Part shown: piece by piece, positions 53,837-61,496 of the stretch | How the letters are laid out: the number at the start of each line of letters is the position of its first letter | Position numbering within the stretch: the first letter of the stretch is position 1 | Assembly (NCBI GenBank): GCA_902770245.1 | Contig: CACXSS010000030.1 | Location: 1-61,496, forward strand | Source: an uncultured Planctomycetota bacterium | GTDB lineage: Bacteria > Planctomycetota > Planctomycetia > Pirellulales > Thermoguttaceae | Length of the DNA stretch: 61,496 bases | Direction: 5' to 3' | The notes under the pieces: generated by a model | Told to the model about the DNA's origin: nothing | The model's input: only the letters and a program-made list of their open reading frames with translations | Database searches by the model: none | Position numbers and translations under genes: made by a program

Positions 53837-54796
53837 TTAATGATTCCTTTCCAAAACGTAGTCTGCCAGATTCCGCAGCAGTTCCGCGTCCTGACCAAAA
53901 GAACTCAGCGCGTCTTTCGCCTTTTGAGTCAGTTCCGCCGCATACGCCTGTGACGCCTCAACGCCCAGAAGCCCCGGATACGTCATTTTCCCCTTGGCGC
54001 TGTCTTTATGAGTGCGCTTTCCCATCTGCTCGTCCGTCGCGGTAACGTCGAGTAAATCGTCCGTAACCTGGAACAGCAGCCCAAGGGCGGCGCCGTACGC
54101 TTTGAGGCTTTCAATCTGTTCAGCAGTCGCATTTGCGATGGTCGCGCCGATAATCAGCGAAACGCGAATCATCGCCCCGGTTTTAAGGCGATGAATGTTC
54201 TCTAAGATCGATAACGCTTCTGCGTCAGTTTGTGAGTTGCGAGTTGCGAGTTGCGAGTTGCGAGTTGAGGAACTCGCTTCGCTCGTCTGATTCTCTTTTT
54301 CTCCTTGAATGTCCAGCGTCTGACCGGCGACCATGCCGCAGGCTCCTGCGGCGTCTGACAAGGCGGAAACGCATTGAATTGCAGCCTCTGCCGGGTGAAC
54401 GTCTTTTGCCAAAACCTCAAACGCCAGAGCCTGCAAAGCGTCAGCGGCAAGAATAGCGGTCGCTTCGTCGAACTGCTTATGGCACGTTGGACGTCCGCGG
54501 CGCAAATCGTCGTCGTCCATGGCAGGCAAGTCGTCGTGAATGAGCGAATAGGCGTGAATCATCTCGACAGCGCACGCGCCGGGCAGAGCTTTGGTCATCT
54601 CGCCGCCGCACGCCTGACACGCCAAAAGAGCTAACATCGGGCGAATGCGTTTGCCGGGGGCGAGAAGGGAATAGTCCATCGCCTGACGGAGCAAATCCGG
54701 ACATCGTTCGTCCAGCTTGAGATACTCTCTAAGCTGCGAATTGACCAGTTCGACGTTCGTCTTAAAAAAATCGGTTAGCACTGAGTTTTGGGACAT
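53837..54796 (-). CDS. ispA: Polyprenyl diphosphate synthase (farnesyl/geranylgeranyl diphosphate synthase)
   Basis: Matches are [17 protein letters not shown] (first DDxxD), FQVTDDLLD (second) and KTGAMI. It directly abuts the dxs start. A heptamer-array insertion is present. Confidence 0.85.
   Translation of the reverse strand: MSQNSVLTDFFKTNVELVNSQLREYLKLDERCPDLLRQAMDYSLLAPGKRIRPMLALLACQACGGEMTKALPGACAVEMIHAYSLIHDDLPAMDDDDLRRGRPTCHKQFDEATAILAADALQALAFEVLAKDVHPAEAAIQCVSALSDAAGACGMVAGQTLDIQGEKENQTSEASSSTRNSQLATRNSQTDAEALSILENIHRLKTGAMIRVSLIIGATIANATAEQIESLKAYGAALGLLFQVTDDLLDVTATDEQMGKRTHKDSAKGKMTYPGLLGVEASQAYAAELTQKAKDALSSFGQDAELLRNLADYVLERNH
54232..54277. repeat. (GAGTTGC) x5 heptamer array plus a short hairpin inside the ispA CDS
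   Basis: It is translated as ..[16 protein letters not shown].. The hairpin gcgagtt-gagg-aactcgc sits at the 3' side. Confidence 0.9.
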
Positions 54797-54959
54797 ATAT
54801 ACTATTGGCCTTTTAATTCTTTAAGGACAGGGAATTCTGGAACTGGCGCTTGAGCCGTGATGAAGAATTCTCCACTCTTCCAAAATTCCCTTCTCATTAT
54901 ACTATAGAATAGATTTTTTACCAGAGACGGGGGCAAAATTATTTTTAAGTTTTTATCCC

Positions 54960-55001
54960 CCAAAAAATTAAGGGCGAGTTGCAAGAAAAAACGACTCGCC
55001 C
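54960..55001 (-). terminator. Intrinsic terminator after the GH172-like gene
   Basis: gggcgagt (54972-54979) and actcgccc (54994-55001) pair, followed on the minus strand by TTAATTTTTT. Confidence 0.6.
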
Positions 55002-55036
55002 AATGGAAGCGGTTAAAGCCCGGCGCTGCCGCAGCG

Positions 55037-57031
55037 CTATTTGGTTTGAATCTCGTCGATGCCGAACATCGTATCGAGCGAATCTCGCGTCTTACCGACA
55101 ATGCGGACGGTAATGGTATGCTTGCCGACGGTTGCCTGGTCTTTTTCCAGCGGGATTTCAACGAACTGATGACGCACGCCCTGTTCTCGCGGGACGTATA
55201 AATCGTAGAATCCGCCGATTTTCTTGCCGTCCCAGAAAAACTCGACGACTGCGTAGTCAACCGCCTGCGTCAGACCGAGTACAAGCGTCGAAGCGTTTTC
55301 CTGCTTGAGGTTGTATTCCAGCTCAATTTCATCGCCGGGTTTGTTTTGCGACCACCAAAGCTGCTGATCGTTCTTCCATTTGCCCCGCGGGAAAATATTC
55401 ATGCCTTGAGCAGTCGCTTTTCCGCCAGTAGGCGATTTGACGAGGCTAAAGGAATCAAAATTCAGACGAACGCGAGTAATGTATTCCACCGGCGCCGCAG
55501 CTTCTTCCATACGGGCTTTCAGATCGGGAAGGGAAACCGACTTCGCCCCCGGCGCGCCATACCAGAACGTTGCCACAGCGAAGTCAACTGAAGTCTCTCT
55601 CCAGTGCCACAGTTCCATATCAAACTTAAAGGACTTCGTAAACGGAATCGCGTCCAGAGAACGGAACCGCAAATTTGTTACGTTGCCGAAATTGGCGGGA
55701 CCTTCCGCTCTCGGCTGAGCGCGCCACGGTCCCTGGAAAAACTCCGGCGTTCCCCAGGAATACCCGTAATAGTCTTCCGTACCCGTCCCGAAATGAGAGG
55801 GGAACGTTTCGCCGTCGATGTAAATATGCTCGTCGCCTTCGCCCCACCATTCGTTGACCCGATTGACCAGCGACAGACAATCCCCAACAAAAACGCCTTT
55901 GCCGGAAATGGTATTGTAGTTCCAATCCTTTGTTCCGTTAGCGGCAACCGTTTTAATCTCACGATCCTGTTTCCAGTCCGCGTGGAAGTACATGGAGTTG
56001 TCTTTCCAAACGTATTCGGAAACCGCATAGCTGGCTCGGATGTCAGGCTTGGAGCCGGAAAGCGTTTCAAATTCCACAACCGCCTTTTCGCGATACGGCA
56101 TAGGCCAATAGCAAACCATCTCTGCAACGTTTTTGTCGTTGGAACCTTCAACGGTTGTATAAATCGTTTTATACGGATTGACGCCAACGCCGGAACCGAA
56201 GAAGTCGCCCAGCGGCGCCCAAACGGTTTGCTCCCCGTCGAACGTCATTTTAACAACGGTGTTTCGCAACGCGCTGACAATGTCTTTCGATTCAACGCGA
56301 ACTTGAAACGCGTCGATTCTGTAACAGCCTCTGGGAAGTTCCGAAGAAAATTTATTTTCGTGCTTATAGAAATCCGATTGCGTCTTTTCGATTAACGCCT
56401 TCGAGCTGTTGAGCTTCTCCATGGAAAACGACTCAACCGGGGTCGATTTTTCATACGTTCGATAATTGATCTGATAATACAAAAACTGCTGTTCCGGCGC
56501 CTTGTCAGCTGTTACTTTGACTGACTTCGCGTACGGAATGGGCAAGTACAGGTTTCGTCCGGTGGCGGTAATTTGAGAGAACTCGCCGTCAACAAGAGCT
56601 TTCCCGCCGACAATTTCGTCAATCGCGCCGGAAATTGTCGGTTCAGCCGCCCCGTCAATATAGATGTAAACATTGCTGGTATACCGCCCGCCGGGAATCC
56701 AGAATCGGACGATCACGCCGGGACCTTCAGCGTCCATCAAGACCCATTCTTCCCGATTGTCCGCCGCCGGGTTCTTTTCAGAGCGAATGAAATTTTTGGT
56801 GTCGTTGTTCGCAAACCAGTTGGGCTGGTCCGGCGCGACGGACCCGCGGTCGTAGCTGCTGGCTTGCTTGCACGTATACGCCGGAACCGGGTACTCGCAC
56901 AGCGCCTCTCGGGCAATCGTTTGTTTAACCAGATCTTCAAACGTTACGACGTTGTTTTCCGCAGACGCTAAATTCGTCCACGAAAGAAATAATGCAGCAA
57001 CAGTCGCTAAAAGGGGAATTGAGTGTTTCAT
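55037..57031 (-). CDS. Secreted DUF2961 (GH172-like) domain protein
   Basis: A signal peptide is present. Matches are WPMPYREKAVVEFE, GTGTEDYYGYSWG and LRFRSLDAIPF, which resemble DUF2961 signatures as I remember them. Confidence 0.6.
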   Translation of the reverse strand: MKHSIPLLATVAALFLSWTNLASAENNVVTFEDLVKQTIAREALCEYPVPAYTCKQASSYDRGSVAPDQPNWFANNDTKNFIRSEKNPAADNREEWVLMDAEGPGVIVRFWIPGGRYTSNVYIYIDGAAEPTISGAIDEIVGGKALVDGEFSQITATGRNLYLPIPYAKSVKVTADKAPEQQFLYYQINYRTYEKSTPVESFSMEKLNSSKALIEKTQSDFYKHENKFSSELPRGCYRIDAFQVRVESKDIVSALRNTVVKMTFDGEQTVWAPLGDFFGSGVGVNPYKTIYTTVEGSNDKNVAEMVCYWPMPYREKAVVEFETLSGSKPDIRASYAVSEYVWKDNSMYFHADWKQDREIKTVAANGTKDWNYNTISGKGVFVGDCLSLVNRVNEWWGEGDEHIYIDGETFPSHFGTGTEDYYGYSWGTPEFFQGPWRAQPRAEGPANFGNVTNLRFRSLDAIPFTKSFKFDMELWHWRETSVDFAVATFWYGAPGAKSVSLPDLKARMEEAAAPVEYITRVRLNFDSFSLVKSPTGGKATAQGMNIFPRGKWKNDQQLWWSQNKPGDEIELEYNLKQENASTLVLGLTQAVDYAVVEFFWDGKKIGGFYDLYVPREQGVRHQFVEIPLEKDQATVGKHTITVRIVGKTRDSLDTMFGIDEIQTK

Positions 57032-57089
57032 GGGATTGTGGGAGTTAGAGGATTAAAAAGTTGTTGAATTGCGAACAACTGGATTATTG

Positions 57090-57640
57090 ACTTAATTATA
57101 ACATGAATTAAATCTTTTTGCAACCCCGTGGCGGGGAGCCAATCCGCGCTGCCGCGCGTTTGCCAAAACCCGCTCCCGTTGGTCGCTTTGCGGCGGAAGC
57201 CTCCAAAAATCTTGATAACGCAGAAGAACCTCTCTGACCCGCTGGATCGCGGCTGTGTCAGCCGCCGAAGAAATCTCACGCGGAGATGCGGAGCCGCGGA
57301 GGATGAAAGGCGGTAATGAAGCGACCATCGGGAGCGGAATTACGCATTCGCCGACAGGCGAACAAAACATTTGTCCCGCGCACGCACACGGGTGAGCCGG
57401 CACGCGGCAGTCCTCTGCCGCAAAAGAAATCTCACGCGGAGGATGTTCGCGAAGTTTTAAAAATATCTTTGCAATCTTTGCGTTCTTTGTGGCTAAAAAA
57501 TATAGCGGGCGGAACGCCCGCCTTGAAAAAATTTTCGGTCGCCAGCAAGCTGGCTCCCTTTTTAGGGAAGTTTTTTCAAGGTAAATAACATGAGGGGAAA
57601 ACCTTTTTTGAAAAAAAGGTTCTTCCCCTCATACTCCCCT
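57090..57640. repeat. Mosaic repeat block R1: an inverted E2 fragment, modules M1-M4 and several strong hairpins
   Basis: It shares modules with 59890-60860, such as ATGAAAGGCGGTAATGAAGCGACCATCGGGAGCGGAATTACGCATTCGCCGACAGGCGAACAAAAC and GGCACGCGGCAGTCCTCTGCCGC. A 43-nt palindrome lies at 57590-57632. Confidence 0.8.
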
Positions 57641-57689
57641 TTCCAAAAAACTTTAGTAAGGGGAGAAAATAGCAGTAAGAGAATAAAAC

Positions 57690-57741
57690 AACCAATCGGC
57701 GAAAATCCGTCTAATCCGTAAAATCCGTGAACGGACTGACC
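57690..57741. repeat. Second copy of the AATCCGT x3 element, downstream of xseB
   Basis: The sequence reads aaccaatcggcgaaaatccgtctaatccgtaaaatccgtgaacggactgacc. Confidence 0.85.
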
Positions 57742-57757
57742 CGCTGATAACCTATAG

Positions 57758-58105
57758 CTAATCGAACAACCCTCCGCCGTCGGACGGCTGCTGGGGGTCG
57801 TCGGTCGCGGTCTTTTTGTATCCGCGGCGAGCGGATCGCGCTTTGACTTTCTGCTCGTTGTCGAGAACTTCGTCTTCCATGGGTTGGGTAATCGCGTTGC
57901 CGTTTTCGTCCAGACCGGACAGGACTTCCAGCTTGCGTTTGACGAAGTCCAGCTGCTGATGGCAGGCGCGTATCAAGGCGACGCCCTTTTCATACTGTTT
58001 AAGCGATTCGTCCAGGGTAATCGCCCCGGATTCCAGACTCTGAACAATCTTGTCCAGCTCCGTCATGTTTTGTTCGAAGGTTTTTGCGTTCTGTTTTTCA
58101 GCCAT
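57758..58105 (-). CDS. xseB: Exodeoxyribonuclease VII small subunit with a C-terminal extension
   Basis: The XseB core is FEQNMTELDKIVQSLESGAITLDESLKQYEKGVALIRACHQQL. Confidence 0.8.
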   Translation of the reverse strand: MAEKQNAKTFEQNMTELDKIVQSLESGAITLDESLKQYEKGVALIRACHQQLDFVKRKLEVLSGLDENGNAITQPMEDEVLDNEQKVKARSARRGYKKTATDDPQQPSDGGGLFD

Positions 58106-58195
58106 AGCGCTTAGTGTATAGTGTTTAGTGCATAGTAACTTAAGTGAGGCGCTTGCGTTAATTGCTAATTGCTAATTGACAATTGCTAATTGCCT
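58106..58195. repeat. Leader and spacer built from (CACTAWR)n, the conserved box (GAGGCGCTTGCGTTAATTG) and (CTAATTG)n arrays
   Basis: It fills the gap between the guaA stop and the xseB start. The heptamers run right up to the xseB ATG. Confidence 0.85.
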
Positions 58196-59758
58196 CTACT
58201 CCCACTCAATTGTTGCTGGCGGTTTGGAACTGATGTCGTAGACGACGCGGTTGACGCCTTTGACTTCGTTAATAATTCGGGTGGAAATGGACGCCAAAAC
58301 GTCGTACGGAAGGCGGCTCCAGTCGGCGGTCATGAAATCTTCGGATGTAACGCTGCGAATAACAATCGCGTTTTCATACGTTCGGGCGTCGCCCATAACG
58401 CCGACGGACTGCACCGGCAGGAGGACGGCAAACGTCTGTGACGTGGCGCGGTACAGGTTGGCTTTTCGGATTTCCTGAAGTAAAATGGCGTCGGCTTCGC
58501 GAATGACGTCCAGCTTTTCTTTGACGACCTCGCCCAAACAGCGCACCGCCAACCCAGGACCGGGGAACGGGTGCCGCCAGACGATTTCTTCCGGAAGACC
58601 GAGCTGCAGTCCCAGCCGGCGGACTTCGTCTTTGAACAAATCCCGCAGCGGTTCAATCAGTTCAAACCCCAATTCCGCCGGCAGTCCGCCGACGTTGTGA
58701 TGAAGTTTAATCGTCGCTGCCGGACCGTCCGGTTCGCCGCCGGACTCGATGACGTCCGGATAAAGCGTCCCCTGAGCGAGAAACTCCGCCCCCTCGACGG
58801 TTTTCGCTTCCGCCTTGAAACACTCGATAAACTCCGCGCCTATAATCTTTCGCTTTTCCTGCGGCGCTGTTACGCCTTTGAGCCGTTCCAGAAACCGGTC
58901 TTGAGCGTAAACAACGCGCAAGTCCGTTTTGAAATGGTTGGTAAACTCGTCAATGACAAGTTTCGCCTCGTTTTTGCGAAGCAGCCCGTTGTCAACCAGG
59001 ATACAGGTCAGTTTGTCGCCCAAGGCTTTGGACAGCAGCGCGGCAACGACGGCAGAATCGACCCCGCCGGAAAGACCGCAAATAACCCGCTTGTCTCCAA
59101 CGCGCTGACGAACCTGTTCAATCGTCTGTCGGGCGAAATCTTCCAGCTTCCACGTTCCGGCGCACCCGCAAACGGTTCGAAGGAAATTCTTCAGCAGCAG
59201 TCCGCCCTCCGGCGTGTGCGTTACTTCCGGATGGAACTGCAATCCGTAAATCGGACGCGTTTTGTGCTTGACAGCCGCGATGGGGCACGACCCGGCTTGC
59301 GCCAGTGTAACAAAGCTGTCAGCAATGTTTTCCACTCTGTCTCCGTGACTCATCCAGACTTGAGTATTGGACGGGAACCCGGCAAACAGCCCTGCGCCGT
59401 CCGTCTGAGCGGTGGGATTGACCGTTAGCTGAGCGCGGCCATATTCTCGCGTGGAAACGTTAACGACCGTCCCGCCGAACGCTTTGCTGATAAGCTGCAT
59501 TCCGTAACAGACGCCCAGGATTGGCAAATCGAGCTTGAAAATGTCCGGATCGCATTGCGGCGCCCCGGCTTCATACACGCTCGACGGTCCGCCGGAAAGA
59601 ATAATCCCCTTGGGAGAAAGCTCTTGAATTCGCTGGGCGGAAATATCGTATCGGACAATCCGGCAATATACGTTCTGCTCGCGCACCCGGCGCGCAATGA
59701 GTTGAGTGTACTGCGACCCAAAATCCAGTATGAGAATTTTCTCGTCGGATAAACTCAT
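58196..59758 (-). CDS. guaA: GMP synthase (glutamine-hydrolysing)
   Basis: Matches are [33 protein letters not shown] and the C-terminal ..KPPATIEWE. Confidence 0.92.
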   Translation of the reverse strand: MSLSDEKILILDFGSQYTQLIARRVREQNVYCRIVRYDISAQRIQELSPKGIILSGGPSSVYEAGAPQCDPDIFKLDLPILGVCYGMQLISKAFGGTVVNVSTREYGRAQLTVNPTAQTDGAGLFAGFPSNTQVWMSHGDRVENIADSFVTLAQAGSCPIAAVKHKTRPIYGLQFHPEVTHTPEGGLLLKNFLRTVCGCAGTWKLEDFARQTIEQVRQRVGDKRVICGLSGGVDSAVVAALLSKALGDKLTCILVDNGLLRKNEAKLVIDEFTNHFKTDLRVVYAQDRFLERLKGVTAPQEKRKIIGAEFIECFKAEAKTVEGAEFLAQGTLYPDVIESGGEPDGPAATIKLHHNVGGLPAELGFELIEPLRDLFKDEVRRLGLQLGLPEEIVWRHPFPGPGLAVRCLGEVVKEKLDVIREADAILLQEIRKANLYRATSQTFAVLLPVQSVGVMGDARTYENAIVIRSVTSEDFMTADWSRLPYDVLASISTRIINEVKGVNRVVYDISSKPPATIEWE

Positions 59759-59835
59759 GATTTTTAATTAGTAATTAGTAATGAGTAATTAGTAATTGAC
59801 GCAAAGCGTCTCACTCTTGTAATTGCTAATTATAC
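59759..59835. repeat. guaA leader: (TAATTAG/TAATGAG)n array plus the conserved box TTGACGCAAAGCGTCTCA
   Basis: The sequence reads atttttaattagtaattagtaatgagtaattagtaattgacgcaaagcgtctcac. Confidence 0.85.
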
Positions 59836-59889
59836 AACAAAAAAGTTTTTTTACCAGAGGGCGGGGAGAGGGGATGCAGTAGGTATTGG

Positions 59890-60860
59890 CAATGGATGGA
59901 AGGCGGTAATGGAGTGAGCGAAGCGAACGGAATTACGCATTCGCCGTTAGGCGAACAAAACGATTGTCCCGCGCACGTACACGGTTGAGCCCGGTTCGCG
60001 GGCGTTTCGCCCGCCGAAGAAATATTAAGCCGCAAAGTTCGCAAAGAAATGGAAGGCGGTAATGAAGCGACCATCGGGAGCGGAATTACGCATTCGCCGA
60101 TAGGCGAACAAAACCGGGTTGCGTAAGAATCCGAAAAATCTCACGCGGAGACGCGGAGCAGCGGAGGATGTTTGCGAAGAATGCAAGAAATGAAAGGCTG
60201 TAACGGAGAGAGCGACGCGAACGAAGTTACGCTTTGTTTGTAGTGTGCAAACCAAAACGACGCAGCCGGAAACCACCTCTGGATGTAGCCCGTCCTCGGG
60301 CTACGTTGCCGGTACAAGAAAAATCATTTACGCAGGAATGCCAGTTCGCCCCCCGGCACGCGGCAGTCCTCTGCCGCATAACCCTGAAAGGGTTGCATTT
60401 CTATAACCGGTGGTTTTCAACCTCCGGGGAAGGAGACGACAACAAAACAAAAAATCGACAAATACTCTTTTCTTTCCCTCCCTCACGCCAAGCGTGAGGG
60501 AGGGAAAGAAAAGCGACTGACTCGATTAGGGGGGAGTGTAGAGCGATTCGCTGCCCGTAGACTAAAGTCGACGGTTATAGAAATGGCGTCCATTCTGGAC
60601 GCAGATTACGACTCCGCCGAAGCCGAAAACGCTTCCGGGTCGCGGACGAAGTCCGCCGAAGAAAGCCTCACGCAAAGTCCGCAAAGTTATTTATTGGTGA
60701 ACGCTTTGCGGCGGAAGCCTCCAAGAATCTTTTGAACGTGGATAGCCCGTCAGACCTGCGGGTTCGCGGACATGCTGTCCGCCGAAGGAAACGAGCCCCG
60801 GGGAAAACCTCCGACGAAGCCGAAAACGTTTCCGGGTCGCGGATAAAATCCGCCAGAACA
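59890..60860. repeat. Mosaic repeat block R2: three tandem units of about 145-153 nt plus further shuffled modules
   Basis: The unit head ATGRAAGGCGGTAATG... recurs at about 59896, 60049 and 60191. Modules M2-M5 are shared with R1. I see no credible ORF. Confidence 0.8.
60396..60585. repeat. Concentric inverted repeats: 14-bp arms 162 nt apart around a 17-bp-stem hairpin
   Basis: The outer arms are catttctataaccg (60396-60409) and cggttatagaaatg (60572-60585). The central hairpin pairs ctttccctccctcacgc (60472-60488) with gcgtgagggagggaaag (60492-60508). Both pairs are centred at about 60490. Confidence 0.8.
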
Positions 60861-60884
60861 AAAAAGCGGGAGTTTCCTCCCGCT
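60858..60884 (-). terminator. Intrinsic terminator downstream of the PEP-CTERM gene
   Basis: agcgggag-tttc-ctcccgct forms an 8-bp stem followed on the minus strand by TTTTTTGT. Confidence 0.65.
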
Positions 60885-60964
60885 TTAGCGTTATTCTTTT
60901 ACGATTTAAGCGTAACTACGTTCGCTTCGCTCATGCCCACGGGTTTACACCCGTGGCTCGCCTA

Positions 60965-61496
60965 TTATTTTCTTTTCCTCACGTACAGTAGCCCCGTGGC
61001 GCCGAGTAACAACAGCACCCACGTTGACGGTTCGGGAACGCCGGCAGCCGGCGCTGAATAGACAACGGACAAAACGCCTGTACCGGCATCGTACCCAACC
61101 AGATCAAACATACTCGACTGGAAAACAAGATTACCCATATCAAGAGCGTTTCCGTCGCCGCCGAGAATTTCTAATGGGAGCTGAATATCCGCCTGATCGC
61201 CGTCTTCAAAGGCGTTATCGTAGCTGGAATCCAACGCGATTTTGATAATAGCTCCGTCTTCAAACGTCGTGGAACCTGTAACATTCAGAACGTCAGTCAA
61301 AATTGTATCGCCTTCTTTCCCAACTTCCAGCAACAACGTTGCGCCGTCTTTGAGAATATATCCTCCGCCAAATGTTGACTCGCCAATGGAATTGCCGGGA
61401 GAAAAGACTGTGTTCGCGTCAACTTCAATATTGCCTAACATATATCCTTCCAAGTCTACATGACCAGAAGCAACGACAAAATTATCAGTCGTAAAA
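60965..61496 (-). CDS. PEP-CTERM-anchored secreted protein. The C-terminal part is in the window and the ORF stays open to the right edge.
   Basis: The C-terminus is GVPEPSTWVLLLLGATGLLYVRKRK (PEP-CTERM sorting signal). The frame has no stop upstream of the listed start (..TTDNFVVASGHVDLEGYM..). Confidence 0.8.
   Translation of the reverse strand, partial: FTTDNFVVASGHVDLEGYMLGNIEVDANTVFSPGNSIGESTFGGGYILKDGATLLLEVGKEGDTILTDVLNVTGSTTFEDGAIIKIALDSSYDNAFEDGDQADIQLPLEILGGDGNALDMGNLVFQSSMFDLVGYDAGTGVLSVVYSAPAAGVPEPSTWVLLLLGATGLLYVRKRK

Noticed and set aside
54802-55260. 152-aa minus-strand ORF spanning the ispA upstream region and the GH172-like 3' end
   Set aside because: It overlaps the GH172-like CDS out of frame, crosses its terminator, and has a low-complexity product.
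59896-60190. Small conserved ORFs in the mosaic units (MEGGNGVSEANGITHSPLGEQNDCPAHVHG, MEGGNEATIGSGITHSPIGEQNRVA, and MKGGNEATIGSGITHSPTGEQNICPAHAHG at 57303)
   Set aside because: They are by-products of repeated DNA modules. There is no ribosome-binding site and the stops fall at different places. Differences between copies are mostly non-synonymous, and the same modules occur in both orientations.

Overview
61.5-kb chromosomal window of roughly 50% GC (by eye). The gene content looks Planctomycetota-like: a DUF1559 pseudopilin-type protein, a PEP-CTERM tail, an ECF sigma factor coupled to a Ser/Thr kinase, squalene-hopene cyclase, a secretin and many secreted CAZyme-like proteins. I support about 38 protein genes plus one tRNA. 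Housekeeping genes are lpxB, tsaD, rpmG (missing from the ORF track because it is under 60 aa), recJ, cysS, tRNA-Arg(UCG), dxs, ispA, xseB and guaA. A CDS of at least 1696 aa runs off the left edge and is also missing from the track. A PEP-CTERM protein runs off the right edge. Two genes are split by frameshifts: a SelA-like gene and a GT39-like membrane glycosyltransferase. The most unusual property is a dense population of short repeats. At least 7 families of tandem heptanucleotide arrays occur (GGGAATA, TAGGCAG, GAGGAGT, GTTGCGA, TAATKAG, AATTAGC, CACTAWR). They are often arranged around a conserved REP-like hairpin (TTCGCC-N3-4-GGCGAA), and larger mosaic repeat modules are also present. 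These elements fill intergenic gaps, abut start codons and donate stop codons. In four cases they sit in-frame inside conserved genes (lpxB, ispA, shc and an SF1 helicase-nuclease), which resembles Rickettsia palindromic elements. Other candidates are an AT-rich two-gene island (32.1-35.0 kb) encoding uncharacterised multi-TM proteins, an Hhe-like DUF4011 helicase-endonuclease, an in-frame 129-nt duplicated tail behind the secretin stop codon, and two repeat-mosaic non-coding blocks (about 0.6 kb and about 1 kb) flanking xseB-guaA. All homology calls rest on motif recognition by eye. No searches were run.
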